This document shows, piece after piece, positions 16,495-26,359 of a stretch of DNA of 32,000 nt. This DNA comes from Bellilinea caldifistulae. GTDB taxonomy: Bacteria > Chloroflexota > Anaerolineae > Anaerolineales > Anaerolineaceae. Both the position numbers and the translations under genes were made by a program. The first letter of the stretch is position 1. Each line of letters starts with the position of its first letter. Below the pieces are notes generated by a model. The model saw only the letters and a list, made by a program, of their open reading frames with translations, ran no database searches and was not told where the DNA came from. The stretch lies in NCBI RefSeq assembly GCF_001306055.1, contig NZ_LGHJ01000024.1, forward strand, positions 60,001 to 92,000, in the 5' to 3' direction.

Positions 16495-17451
16495 ATGATT
16501 GTTACAACCAAAGAATTATTCAAAGCCGCTTACGGCAAGTACGCCATTGGAGCCTACAACATCAATAATCTGGAACAGACGATGGGGCTGTTCCGCGGCA
16601 ATCTGGACAGCCAGGCGCCGTTCATTATCCAGATCAGCAAAGGCGCGCGTTCGTACACGCACAAACTGATGCTGGAAGCCCTGATTCGAGCGGCGGATCA
16701 AATCTTCCCCGACGCCATTTTTGCCGTTCATCTCGACCACGGCGATGAAGAGACCTGTTACGACTGTATTAACAGCGGTTTCTACTCCTCGGTGATGATT
16801 GATGCCAGCCACGAGGACTTTGAGACCAATATCGCCATCACCCGTCGGGTGGTGGAAGCAGCTCATGCCAGGGGGATTGTGGTAGAAGCCGAATTGGGGC
16901 AGTTAGGCGGCGTGGAAGAACATGTCTCGGTGGATGAAGCCGACGCAAAGTTGACCGATCCCAAAAAAGCCCGAGAATTTGTGGAACGCACCGGTTGCGA
17001 TTCGCTGGCGGTGGCGATTGGCACCAGCCATGGCGCCTATAAATTCAGCGGTTCCCAGGGCCTGCGCTTTGATGTGCTGGAGCAGATTCAAAAAGAATTA
17101 CCGGGGTTTCCGCTGGTCATGCACGGCAGCAGTTCGGTTCCGCAGGAGGAAGTTGAGCGCATCAATGCCGCCGGTGGGCAGATTAAAGGCGCCAAGGGTG
17201 TGGATGAGAACAGCTTCCGGCGGGCAGCCGAACTGGGTGTGACCAAAGTGAACATTGATACCGACGGGCGGCTGGTGTGGACGCGGGTACACCGGGAGTA
17301 CTTCCGCGATCACCCGGAAAACTTTGACCTGCGCCCGATTGGCAAGGTGTTCATGGCCGAATACGCGAAATTCATTGCCCACAAGAATGAAAAACTGGGC
17401 AGTGCCGGCAGGCTGGAAGAAGTTCGTAAGTTGATTATGGAAAAAGCCTGA
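16495..17451 (+). CDS. fba: Class II fructose-1,6-bisphosphate aldolase
   Basis: 318 aa. Motifs: KYAIGAYNINNLEQ, VHLDHG, MIDASH, IGTSHGAYKF, LVMHGSS and VNIDTD. GGGAGAG lies 6 nt upstream of the ATG. Confidence 0.92.
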   Translation: MIVTTKELFKAAYGKYAIGAYNINNLEQTMGLFRGNLDSQAPFIIQISKGARSYTHKLMLEALIRAADQIFPDAIFAVHLDHGDEETCYDCINSGFYSSVMIDASHEDFETNIAITRRVVEAAHARGIVVEAELGQLGGVEEHVSVDEADAKLTDPKKAREFVERTGCDSLAVAIGTSHGAYKFSGSQGLRFDVLEQIQKELPGFPLVMHGSSSVPQEEVERINAAGGQIKGAKGVDENSFRRAAELGVTKVNIDTDGRLVWTRVHREYFRDHPENFDLRPIGKVFMAEYAKFIAHKNEKLGSAGRLEEVRKLIMEKA

Positions 17452-17478
17452 AACCGAAACGTATTCATATTGCTGAAA

Positions 17479-17508
17479 AAGCCCGGTGGTGGATGGACTG
17501 CCGGGCTT
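17479..17508 (+). terminator. Possible terminator hairpin after fba
   Basis: AAGCCCGG (17479..17486) pairs with CCGGGCTT (17501..17508), with a 14-nt loop. It begins 28 nt after the fba stop. The loop is long and there is no clear U-tract (only TT, then AATTC). Confidence 0.35.
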
Positions 17509-17548
17509 AATTCATCCCTGAGTAAAAAGCCAGTTTTAACAGATAGGG

Positions 17549-17554
17549 TATAAT
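17549..17554 (+). promoter_or_regulatory. Candidate -10 hexamer upstream of the TPR/WD40 gene
   Basis: GGGTATAAT lies at 17546..17554, 25 nt upstream of ATG 17579. No recognisable -35. Confidence 0.3.
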
Positions 17555-17578
17555 GGTTAAAGCAGGGAACGATCAAGC

Positions 17579-19315
17579 ATGTCATCTCAGGATCTGAACA
17601 GGGCGATTCAACTGGCGAGGGCGGGAGACAAAAAAGCTGCCCGACAGATTTTGCTGCGGCTGGTACAGGAACAGCCGACCAATGAAATGGCGTGGATCTG
17701 GCTGGCGGATACAATGCCGGACGATGCCCGGCGGATTGCTACCCTCAAACAATGTTTGAAGATGATTCCGCAGAGTCAGGTGGCACGCAAAGCCTTGCAG
17801 GTGCTGGAATCGGCTCAAAAGCCGGCTGCACCGCTCGAAAAGCCGGCCGAACCCCGGCCTGTTGTCCGTCCAGGGGGGACATCTCAATCCTTTGTGCCGC
17901 AACCGCCTCCCGAAGAGAGCGGGTTTGATGACCTGCTTTCACTGCGGGAAGAGGTGGTTCTGCCGGAGGAAGAAGGCAAAACGCCGCCCTTTGTGCTTGA
18001 AGAACCTGAACCGGAAGCGGCAGCACTGCAATGGCCGACTGCCAACCAGCCAACTACCGGTCAGCCAACCGTGGAACCCTTTGTGGACACCGCGGCAATT
18101 GAGCAGCTGCGCCAGCAAGCTCAAAAGGTGACCTCTTCGCCGGTCGAAAAAGTTGTCGAAACCGGTCAGGAGGTCGGGAGGAAGGTCTCTTCCGTGCGGT
18201 GGGGGGCAATTTTTGGTGTCCTCCTCTTTGCGGTGGTGGTGGGGGTTGCGGCTTATTTCGTGTGGTACAGTCCCAACAGCCCATTTCGCTTGAATTCCCA
18301 ACAACCGTTACCTCCGGAACTGGGGAATTATCAGCCCCCCAGAGAAACTCCCGTGATCGAAACACCGGTGGTGGTCACTCCCCTGGTTACTGAGGAAGTG
18401 CAGGCTACCGAAGCCGAGGAAGAGATCATCGGCACACCACCGCCCCCCGGCATTTATTTGAGCGGAACGCCGGTCAATTCCTTTGATTGGTCGCCGGACG
18501 ATACCTTTGTGGTGGTTTCGGCGGGCGGCGGACTTTCGGTGTACGATTCGCAGAATTATGGCACACTGCGCTACCTGGATCTGACCGGCAGTAAAGCGGC
18601 TTGCCGCATTTCGCCGGCCGTGGATCGTGCGGTTTGCGCTGGTCAATTGTTGTGGGCGTGGTCGCTGCCGGATTGGAATTTGGAGATTGAAGCGCCGCCG
18701 CCGAGCGGCTTACCCGGCAGTTGGATTGGCCTGTTCGATTTTGTCACCTCGGATTTACTGACACTGGTTTATGAAAGCGATTTGCAAAGCGTGGAGATCT
18801 GGTCGCTGGGCATTCAGCAGCGGGATGGTGATTTGCTGCGTGCGCCCTCGCCCATTCAACGCTTGACCACTTCACCGGAAAGCGGCTTGATTGCGGCGGG
18901 CCTGTTCGACGGCCGGGTGATCATCTGGAGCTTAGAAACCCGCCAGCCTGTCTTTCAGCGAAGCGTACAGGATCAGCCGGTGATGTGGCTGGCGCTCAGC
19001 GCCGACGGCAAACGCTTGATGACGGCTGCCTCCCTGCCGCCGGTGCGGATTTGGGAAATTCCCTCCGGTCGGCTGATTGCTGAAATTCAAACCGAGAACA
19101 CTTTCACGGCATTGGCTTTTTCTGCCGATGGCGAAAGCATGGTTTGGGCTGATAAAAATGGCCTGGTGACCCATCAACAAATTAAGGACGGAAGCGTGTT
19201 GAGGCGGGTGGATGTGGGTGTGCCGGTGCGCGAAATCCGCTTTTCGCCCGATCAAACTCGGATTGCGGTTGTGACCACACTGGGGGATATTTATTTCTAT
19301 GCGCTTGTGCCGTGA
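17579..19315 (+). CDS. Single-pass membrane protein: N-terminal TPR-like helical module, Pro-rich linker, TM helix, C-terminal WD40/beta-propeller domain
   Basis: 578 aa. The N-terminus (LNRAIQLARAGDKKAARQILLRLVQEQPTNEMAWIWLA) is TPR-like. A low-complexity Pro/Glu linker follows. The TM helix is WGAIFGVLLFAVVVGVAAYFVWY. Repeated WD-like blades include DGRVIIWSLETRQP, PVRIWEIPSGRL and ADKNGLVTHQQIKDG. Confidence 0.75.
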   Translation: MSSQDLNRAIQLARAGDKKAARQILLRLVQEQPTNEMAWIWLADTMPDDARRIATLKQCLKMIPQSQVARKALQVLESAQKPAAPLEKPAEPRPVVRPGGTSQSFVPQPPPEESGFDDLLSLREEVVLPEEEGKTPPFVLEEPEPEAAALQWPTANQPTTGQPTVEPFVDTAAIEQLRQQAQKVTSSPVEKVVETGQEVGRKVSSVRWGAIFGVLLFAVVVGVAAYFVWYSPNSPFRLNSQQPLPPELGNYQPPRETPVIETPVVVTPLVTEEVQATEAEEEIIGTPPPPGIYLSGTPVNSFDWSPDDTFVVVSAGGGLSVYDSQNYGTLRYLDLTGSKAACRISPAVDRAVCAGQLLWAWSLPDWNLEIEAPPPSGLPGSWIGLFDFVTSDLLTLVYESDLQSVEIWSLGIQQRDGDLLRAPSPIQRLTTSPESGLIAAGLFDGRVIIWSLETRQPVFQRSVQDQPVMWLALSADGKRLMTAASLPPVRIWEIPSGRLIAEIQTENTFTALAFSADGESMVWADKNGLVTHQQIKDGSVLRRVDVGVPVREIRFSPDQTRIAVVTTLGDIYFYALVP

Positions 19316-19330
19316 TGATTTGTTCGTTGA

Positions 19331-22294
19331 ATGAATACACAAATTGCCCTCTATCTGGTTGTGCTTAATTTTGCGGCTGTCCTGTCTTTTACGATGGCGG
19401 CTTATTCAAACTTGAGAAAATCAGTACCAGCCGCCCGCCCGTTTGGCATCTTGAGCGTGAGAATCGGCCTGTATACGCTTTTCTACATGTTCGAAATGAT
19501 CAGCATCCCGCTGAATGTAAAAGAAGCCTTTTACACCCTGAAATATCTGGGCATCATGATGATGCCCATTGGTTTTGTTTGGTTTACGCTGGAATATACC
19601 GGGCGAAAATCGCAATTTACCCGCCGATGGTTGATTTTTACCGGTCTGATTTGCGCATTGGTCTGGCTGTTGGTGGCAACCAACCCGCTGCATAACGGCT
19701 TTTACAGCGATGCGCATCTGGAAATCCATCAAAGTTTCGTCATCATGGCTTTCCAGCCCGGTATCGTCTTCTACTTTTACATGGTTTATTTGATCTGTCT
19801 GGCGTTGATCTGTATGGGACTGCTGGTGGATTACTTCTTTCGTACCAGTTTTTACCGTCGCCAGCAGGTGCTGATATTGTTTTTGGGCGCCATGCTGCCG
19901 CTTTTGGTCGGTATTTACCTGTTGTTGAACTCAACCCCGTGGCGCAATATTCACCTGATTTCGGTTGCCTTTGCGGTCAGCGTACCGATCCTCTCCCTGG
20001 GTGTGTTCCGCTACCGCTTGCTGGATGTGGTGCCGGAGGTACGCACGTTGATACTGGAAGCGATGGATGACAGCGTAATCGTCATCAACCGCGACGGGCG
20101 AATTGTTGACCTCAATCCGGCAGCCGAACGTTTTTTGGGGGCAGCCATGCAGGAAGCCATCGGCGTTCCATTGCGCGAGTTCTTTCCCGAATGGGAAACG
20201 CTCAGCCGAGAGGCACAGGCGAACGAGCGTTACGAAACCGAATTAGAAATCCGGCGCGGGGATGCAGCGAAATCACTGCGGTTGTCTTCGTGGAAGATGT
20301 CCACGTGGTGGGGCGGTTCGGCCGGGAGGCTGATTCTCTTGCAGGACATCAGCGACTTCCGCCGGATGGAAAAAGGTCTTCGGCAAGCCAAAGAAGCGGC
20401 TGAGAAAGCCACCCGCGCCAAATCGCTCTTTCTGGCAAATATGAGCCATGAAATTCGCACACCGATCAACGCGGTGCTGGGGATGACCAGTCTGCTGCTG
20501 AATACCCGTCTTTCGGAGGATCAAAGCGAGTATGTGCAGGCCATTCGCACGGCCGGCAGTACTTTATTGAATGTGATTAATGAAGTGCTGGATTATTCCA
20601 AAATCGAAGCCGGCCGGGTGCAATTACAGGAAGAGAGTTTTGATCTGGAAACCTGCCTGGAGGATGCGCTGGAGATGGTCGCTCCACAGGCCAGCTCGCG
20701 CGGATTGAATTTGACCTTTTGGATTGGCCCGGAAGTTGCCTGCCGCTTACGGGGGGATGAAGGCCGTCTGCGGCAGATTCTGGTCAATTTGCTCGCCAAT
20801 GCGGTCAAATTCACCGAAACGGGCTGGGTTGATCTCTCTGTCGAACAGGTTGCCGAGAGTGGGCACGAGGGGCAGGAGCGGCTGCACTTTCGGGTGACCG
20901 ACACCGGTATCGGCATACCCCCGGAACGGCTGCCGCTACTGTTTGAGGAATTTTCACAGGCGGGCCATGAGGTTTCGCAGCGTTACGGCGGTACCGGTCT
21001 GGGACTGGCTATTTGCCGCCGTCTGGTGGAGGCAATGGGCGGAAGAATTTGGGCGGAAAGCCAGCCGGGCGCGGGTTCAACGTTTCAGTTTATTGTGCCG
21101 TTTGGCTGTGATGGTTCCAAGCCGGCCTACCCTCACCTGAGGGGTAAAAAATTACTCATCCTCACCGCCGACGAAAATACGCGGCGGATGCTGGAATCGT
21201 TTGCCGCCCGGCGTGGCATGGAGGCATTCAGCCCGGTTGGTCATGCTCAGACCCTGGCGTTCCTTGCGGATTCTCATTTGTATGATGTTGGCGTGGTGGA
21301 CCAGCACTGGCAAGGTGATCGGGGGAGCGTAGAATTTCCGCAGGCGTGGAAATATCTAACAGCGAGGGGCGCGCCGTGGCTGTTGTTGAAACAGTACGGC
21401 AGTTCCAAAATCGTTGAAAAAGACGAAGAAAATTTTACCTCCATCCTCTATTCGCCGATTAAGTTCTCTCAATTGAGCGCCCTGTTGGAGCAACTCTTTG
21501 CGGCCGGTTCTACTCAGGAAACGGAAAAGAGAAGGGCTGCCGGTAGTTCATCCAACGGGATGGGTGAATTTTCACAACGGTATCCCCTGCGGGTGCTGGT
21601 GGTAGATGACAATGCCCTGAACCGCAAGGTGGTCTTGCTATTTTTGCAACAACTGGGTTATCAGCCGAGCGGAGCTGCCAGTGGAGCGGAAGCATTGGCG
21701 CTGCTCCAGTCCCGGCTTTATGATCTGGTGCTGCTGGATGTGCAGATGCCGGAGATGGATGGGCTGGAGGCAGCCCGCCGTATTCGCTCCCTTATAGCGC
21801 CGGAACAGCAGCCCTATCTGGTTGCCCTGACTGCTTTCACCTTTGAAGATATGCGTCTGCAAGCGCTGGAAGCGGGCATGGATGATTGTCTGCACAAGCC
21901 CCTGACTCTGGATCAATTGAAGAAGGTGCTTCGCAAGGTTTCAAAGCAACGCCAGGGCAAAGGACTGGAATCGGAGAATCCGATGCTGACAGTACCATCC
22001 AGCACCATCTTGCAGGAATTGGGGGAAGAGGGCGAAGAAATTGGCAATCTTTTCCGTGAGGAAATTGCCCGAAATTTACCCCGGCTGGATCTGGCAATGC
22101 AAACCGGGGCATTCGAAGAAGCCGGAGAGATTGCTCACTCGCTCAAATCGGCCTGCGCATTTTTGGGGGATCAGGAAAATGCGCAGCGGTGTGGGGTGCT
22201 GGAAAAACACACGCGCAACGGTCATTTGCCTTCTGAGGAATGGATGAGCGAATTTTTCCAGCGGCTGCGGGATAGCTACCTCAAGCGGGTGTAA
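19331..22294 (+). CDS. Hybrid sensor histidine kinase: 7TM N-terminal sensor (HisKA_7TM-type), PAS, HisKA, HATPase_c, degenerate receiver-like module, REC, HPt
   Basis: 987 aa. There are seven N-terminal TM helices, and the H-box is [17 protein letters not shown] boxes: [19 protein letters not shown] and GGTGLGLAI. The receiver reads [14 protein letters not shown]...[14 protein letters not shown]...KPL, and the HPt reads [12 protein letters not shown]. Between HATPase_c and REC is a receiver-like segment, [16 protein letters not shown]...[10 protein letters not shown]. The start is 15 nt after the upstream stop. Confidence 0.9.
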   Translation: MNTQIALYLVVLNFAAVLSFTMAAYSNLRKSVPAARPFGILSVRIGLYTLFYMFEMISIPLNVKEAFYTLKYLGIMMMPIGFVWFTLEYTGRKSQFTRRWLIFTGLICALVWLLVATNPLHNGFYSDAHLEIHQSFVIMAFQPGIVFYFYMVYLICLALICMGLLVDYFFRTSFYRRQQVLILFLGAMLPLLVGIYLLLNSTPWRNIHLISVAFAVSVPILSLGVFRYRLLDVVPEVRTLILEAMDDSVIVINRDGRIVDLNPAAERFLGAAMQEAIGVPLREFFPEWETLSREAQANERYETELEIRRGDAAKSLRLSSWKMSTWWGGSAGRLILLQDISDFRRMEKGLRQAKEAAEKATRAKSLFLANMSHEIRTPINAVLGMTSLLLNTRLSEDQSEYVQAIRTAGSTLLNVINEVLDYSKIEAGRVQLQEESFDLETCLEDALEMVAPQASSRGLNLTFWIGPEVACRLRGDEGRLRQILVNLLANAVKFTETGWVDLSVEQVAESGHEGQERLHFRVTDTGIGIPPERLPLLFEEFSQAGHEVSQRYGGTGLGLAICRRLVEAMGGRIWAESQPGAGSTFQFIVPFGCDGSKPAYPHLRGKKLLILTADENTRRMLESFAARRGMEAFSPVGHAQTLAFLADSHLYDVGVVDQHWQGDRGSVEFPQAWKYLTARGAPWLLLKQYGSSKIVEKDEENFTSILYSPIKFSQLSALLEQLFAAGSTQETEKRRAAGSSSNGMGEFSQRYPLRVLVVDDNALNRKVVLLFLQQLGYQPSGAASGAEALALLQSRLYDLVLLDVQMPEMDGLEAARRIRSLIAPEQQPYLVALTAFTFEDMRLQALEAGMDDCLHKPLTLDQLKKVLRKVSKQRQGKGLESENPMLTVPSSTILQELGEEGEEIGNLFREEIARNLPRLDLAMQTGAFEEAGEIAHSLKSACAFLGDQENAQRCGVLEKHTRNGHLPSEEWMSEFFQRLRDSYLKRV

Positions 22295-22362
22295 AATAGA
22301 TGCTTACCGTTTCGTTCCTGATAGGGGAACAATTGACGATTCTTCTCAGGATTGAGGCTTGA

Positions 22363-23925
22363 ATGCAAAAAGATCAAATACTGGCAATTGACAACGGGAC
22401 GCAAAGCATCCGCGCGATGATCTTCGACCTGCAGGGTAACATGACTGCCAAAAACCGCGTCCCCATTCAGCCATATGTTTCGCCGGCGCCGGGATTTGCC
22501 GAACAGGATCCGCTTGTCTTCTGGCAGGGAGTTTGTCGCGCCTGTCAGGGTTTGTGGAAGCTGCCGGGCGTGCAGCGGGAAAGGATTGCCGGGGTAGCCC
22601 TGACCACTCAGCGTTCAACGGTGATCAATGTGGACCGGGAGGGAAAGCCCCTTCGTCCAGCAATTGTCTGGCTCGATCAGCGGCGTACCGAGGGGTTGAA
22701 GCCGGTGGGAGGGTTGTGGGGTCTGGTGTTTGGTCTGACCGGCATGACCGAAACGGTCGCCTACCTGCAAGCCGAGGCTGAAGCCAACTGGCTGCGGGTT
22801 CACCAGCCGGAGATCTGGAAAAGCACCCATAAGTACCTGCTGCTTTCCGGCTATCTGACCTACCAACTGACCGGAAAATTTGTTGATTCGGTGGCCTGTC
22901 AGGTGGGGTATCTGCCCTTCGATTACAAGAGACAGTGCTGGGCTGGACCGCTGGACTGGAAATGGCAGGCCGTTCCGATGGATCCCGCCATTCTGCCGGA
23001 TCTGGTACCGGCTGCCGGTGTCCTGGGCGAAATCACCTCGCACGCATCTGCCGAAACGGGCATCCCCGCCGGACTTCCGCTGATTGCTGCTGCGGCGGAT
23101 AAAGCCTGCGAGGTGATCGGAGCGGGTTGTGTTCAGCCCCAGATTGCCTGTCTGAGTTACGGCACGACAGCCACCATCAATACCACTCACCGCCGCTATG
23201 TGGAGGCCATTCCGCTCATCCCGCCTTATCCCTCGGCGGTACCCGGAGCGTATACGCTGGAAATTCAAATTTATCGCGGCTTCTGGATGGTTTCGTGGTT
23301 CAAGCAGGAATTTGGGCTGCCTGAACAGCAGCAAGCCGAGATGCTGGGTGTGGAGCCGGAGGAATTGTTCGATCACCTGGTTGATCAGGTGCCGGCCGGT
23401 TCGCAGGGTTTGGTATTGCAGCCGTACTGGTCACCCGGCTTAAAAGTTCCGGGCCCGGAGGCGCGCGGGGCCGTGATTGGCTTTGGGGATGTGCACACCC
23501 GCGCTCATTTCTACCGCGCCATTCTGGAAGGGCTGGCTTACGCCTTGCGGGAGGGCAAAGAACGCACCGAGCAGCGGACGGGGGTCAAGATCAAAGAGCT
23601 GCGCGTGGCCGGCGGAGGCAGCCAGAGCCGTTGTGCCATGCAAATCACCGCCGATGTGTTCGGCTTGCCGGTCTCGCGTCCGCATGTGTATGAAGCCTCC
23701 GGTCTGGGTGCGGCAATGGACGCGGCGGTCGGGCTGGGAATGTACCCGAATTTTGAAACGGCCGTTGCTCAGATGACCCGTACCGGCGATACGTTTGAAC
23801 CCGATCCCAAAGTTCATGCACTTTACGATGAACTCTATCGGGCCGTTTATAAAAACATGTACGCCCGCTTGCAACCGTTATATAATCAGATACGCAAAAT
23901 TGTCAGACAGCATCCAATCACATAA
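22363..23925 (+). CDS. FGGY-family carbohydrate kinase (xylulokinase/glycerol-kinase-like); substrate not assignable
   Basis: 520 aa. The N-terminal ASKHA motif is [17 protein letters not shown]. The FGGY_C region contains [25 protein letters not shown]. Confidence 0.88.
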   Translation: MQKDQILAIDNGTQSIRAMIFDLQGNMTAKNRVPIQPYVSPAPGFAEQDPLVFWQGVCRACQGLWKLPGVQRERIAGVALTTQRSTVINVDREGKPLRPAIVWLDQRRTEGLKPVGGLWGLVFGLTGMTETVAYLQAEAEANWLRVHQPEIWKSTHKYLLLSGYLTYQLTGKFVDSVACQVGYLPFDYKRQCWAGPLDWKWQAVPMDPAILPDLVPAAGVLGEITSHASAETGIPAGLPLIAAAADKACEVIGAGCVQPQIACLSYGTTATINTTHRRYVEAIPLIPPYPSAVPGAYTLEIQIYRGFWMVSWFKQEFGLPEQQQAEMLGVEPEELFDHLVDQVPAGSQGLVLQPYWSPGLKVPGPEARGAVIGFGDVHTRAHFYRAILEGLAYALREGKERTEQRTGVKIKELRVAGGGSQSRCAMQITADVFGLPVSRPHVYEASGLGAAMDAAVGLGMYPNFETAVAQMTRTGDTFEPDPKVHALYDELYRAVYKNMYARLQPLYNQIRKIVRQHPIT

Positions 23926-23932
23926 CCGGAGC

Positions 23933-26359
23933 ATGGTAAGAAGGAAAGCATCTGTTTTCGTTTTATGGGTTATTCTTGCAGGGGGAGTTTTTGGGTTAGC
24001 GTTTTACCAGGCCGATTCACCGACGGCAAAGGCTTATGCCCTTCCGCAAATGCAGGCAACGACCGCACCGCCGCAGAGGGATCAGTCCCGGCGGGTCTTA
24101 CGGGTTGGCGGGGATCAAAGCTACCCGCCTTATGAATACCTCAATAACGGCGTCCCCACGGGTTTCAATGTGGACCTGATTCGTGCGGTGGCAGCCGAGA
24201 TGGGGTATGAGGTGGAAATCACGCTTGGCCCGTGGAGCGAGGTGCGGCAGGGATTGCTGGACGGCAAGTACGACCTGCTGATGGGAATGGTGCCGACCAG
24301 TGAGCGCGAAAAAGATTACGATTTCAGCATCCCTTACACCTTCATTACCTTTGATCTGTTTGTTCCAACCCGTTCCTCTGTGCGTTCGCTTGAGGATCTC
24401 AAAGATCAAGCCATTGTTGTGCAGGCTGGCGGACTGATGCAGGAATACCTGCGCGAGGAAGGGTTTCCGGGGGAAGTCATACTGGTGCAGGATATTGTCA
24501 ACGCGCTGAGGCTGGTCAACGAGGAAGCCTATCCGGCGGCTTTGCTGAATCGTCTGCAAGGTCAGTTTCTCATCCGTGAACTGGGCCTGACCAACATTCG
24601 GCGGGTCGGTTTAGATGTGCAATCGCGAAAGTATTGCATTGCCGTTCAGGACGGTAATAAAGAACTGCTTGCCGGCTTGAATGAGGGGTTGTATCTGGTC
24701 AGTTCCAGCGGCAAATTGGGCGAGATTCAAGAACAATGGTTTGGCGTCTACGAACAGCCTCCCTCCGCGGGTTACCGCCCGTTATTGATTGGGCTGGCGG
24801 TTATCGGTGGAATGTTACTGATCACTGGTGGGTTGTCATGGTCACTGAGCCGGCAGGTGGAAAAGCGCACCCGTGAGCTCAAGCAAAGCGAAGAAAAGTA
24901 CCGCCTGCTGGTGGAAAATGCCAGCGAGGGAGTGGTGGTTTCCTGCGGAGATGAACTGGTGTTTGCCAACCGGGCTGCGGCAGCCATTACCGGATACCCC
25001 GTAGAGGAATTAATTGGAATCAAGATTGCCCAACTGGTTCACCCGGATGATTACCTGATGGTGATGGATCGTTACCGGCGCCGTCTGCGCGGCGAGGATG
25101 TCCCGGCTTATTATGCCTTTCGATTGGTCAACCGCGAACGTCAGGTGCGTTGGGTTCAGGTTCACGCCGTGGTGATTGAATGGGACGGTAAACCGGCAAC
25201 ACTGGATATGTTTGTGGACATAACCGAGCAGCGTCGGGCTGAGGAACAGGTGCAGCGGCAATTGCGTCATCTGGCAGCGCTGCGGGCAGTGGATATGGCG
25301 ATTACTGCCAGCCTTGACCTGACCAATACGCTTCGGGTGGTTTTAGAACAGGCCACCGTTCAAGCGGGGGCGGATGCAGCCAGTGTGCTGCTGCTGGAAG
25401 ACGAATCGCAGGAACTGGTTTTTGCAGCCGGGCAGGGTTTTCGGCGCGGAGTGGACGGCCGCATCCGCGTCCGTTTGGGGGAGGGTTTTGCCGGGCAGGC
25501 AGCTCTGAAGCGCCGCGCGATTCGAGTGGCCAATTTTGACGCGGGCGGAGATTTGTTTTGGACGCCCGAGCGAATCCGCCAGGAGGGTTTTGTCTCATAC
25601 CTCGGCTTGCCGCTGATTTCCAAAGATCAGGTCAAGGGCGTGCTGGAAATTTTTCACCGCAGCGAGTGGAACACGGATCCGGCCTGGATGAACTTTGTTG
25701 AAGCGCTTGCCGATCAGGCCGCCATTGCGATTGATAACGCTCAATTACTCAAAAACCTCAAAACGGCCAATCAAGATCTGATACTGGCGTATGATGATAC
25801 GATTACCGGCTGGGCGCGCGCTTTGGAATTGCGGGACGGAAATACCGAGGGGCATTCTCAGCGGGTTGCCGAACTTGCCGTGGAACTGGCGGCGGCCATG
25901 GGACTGCGCGGCGATATCCTGACTCACATCCGCCGGGGAGCCATTCTCCATGATATTGGCAAAATGGCCATTCCCGACAGCATCCTCAAGAAGAGTTCCG
26001 GCTTAACCGATGAGGAATGGCAGGTCATGAAGATGCACCCGGTCTACTCGTATAATCTGCTTTCCCAGATTGAATTCTTGCGGCCGGCGCTGGATATTCC
26101 CTACGCTCATCATGAACGCTGGGATGGGAGCGGCTATCCACGCGGGTTGAAGGGCGAGGAGATTCCGCTGGCGGCGCGCATTTTTGCGGTGGTGGACGTG
26201 TGGGACGCCCTGACCGATGACCGCATGTACCGCCCGGCCTGGAAGCCCGAAGAAGCGCTGGCCTACATCCGCTCGTTGAGCGGGACTCAATTTGACCCGC
26301 GTGTGGTCGAGGCTTTTTGTGCGCTGATCGAAAAGCGCTTTCGGGCGGGCGCTGCGTGA
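23933..26359 (+). CDS. Membrane-anchored sensor phosphodiesterase: periplasmic SBP_bac_3 solute-binding domain, TM, PAS, GAF, HD-GYP
   Basis: The ORF-track entry 23795..26359 overlaps the kinase gene. I trimmed it to ATG 23933 (MVRRKASVFVLWVILAGGVFGLAF, a signal anchor), 7 nt after the upstream stop. SBP3-like region: LRVGGDQSYPPYEYLNNGVPTGFNVDLIRAVA. The second TM is LLIGLAVIGGMLLITGGLSW. PAS and GAF segments follow. HD-GYP motifs: HSQRVA, ILHDIGKMAIPD and HHERWDGSGYPRGL. Confidence 0.88.
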   Translation: MVRRKASVFVLWVILAGGVFGLAFYQADSPTAKAYALPQMQATTAPPQRDQSRRVLRVGGDQSYPPYEYLNNGVPTGFNVDLIRAVAAEMGYEVEITLGPWSEVRQGLLDGKYDLLMGMVPTSEREKDYDFSIPYTFITFDLFVPTRSSVRSLEDLKDQAIVVQAGGLMQEYLREEGFPGEVILVQDIVNALRLVNEEAYPAALLNRLQGQFLIRELGLTNIRRVGLDVQSRKYCIAVQDGNKELLAGLNEGLYLVSSSGKLGEIQEQWFGVYEQPPSAGYRPLLIGLAVIGGMLLITGGLSWSLSRQVEKRTRELKQSEEKYRLLVENASEGVVVSCGDELVFANRAAAAITGYPVEELIGIKIAQLVHPDDYLMVMDRYRRRLRGEDVPAYYAFRLVNRERQVRWVQVHAVVIEWDGKPATLDMFVDITEQRRAEEQVQRQLRHLAALRAVDMAITASLDLTNTLRVVLEQATVQAGADAASVLLLEDESQELVFAAGQGFRRGVDGRIRVRLGEGFAGQAALKRRAIRVANFDAGGDLFWTPERIRQEGFVSYLGLPLISKDQVKGVLEIFHRSEWNTDPAWMNFVEALADQAAIAIDNAQLLKNLKTANQDLILAYDDTITGWARALELRDGNTEGHSQRVAELAVELAAAMGLRGDILTHIRRGAILHDIGKMAIPDSILKKSSGLTDEEWQVMKMHPVYSYNLLSQIEFLRPALDIPYAHHERWDGSGYPRGLKGEEIPLAARIFAVVDVWDALTDDRMYRPAWKPEEALAYIRSLSGTQFDPRVVEAFCALIEKRFRAGAA

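Noticed and set aside
22615-23376. 253-aa minus-strand ORF inside the FGGY kinase gene. The same applies to 29458..30045(+), 15812..16381(-), 11333..11995(-), 5065..5841(+), 1995..2567(+), 2503..3069(-) and 14735..15247(-).
   Set aside because: Each overlaps a well-supported gene in another frame or on the other strand. None has recognisable motifs, and all have the skewed Arg/Gly/Pro composition typical of off-frame reading of GC-rich genes.
23795-23932. N-terminal extension of the HD-GYP sensor ORF (ORF-track start 23795)
   Set aside because: It overlaps the 3' end of the FGGY kinase gene in another frame. ATG 23933 yields a typical signal-anchor N-terminus.
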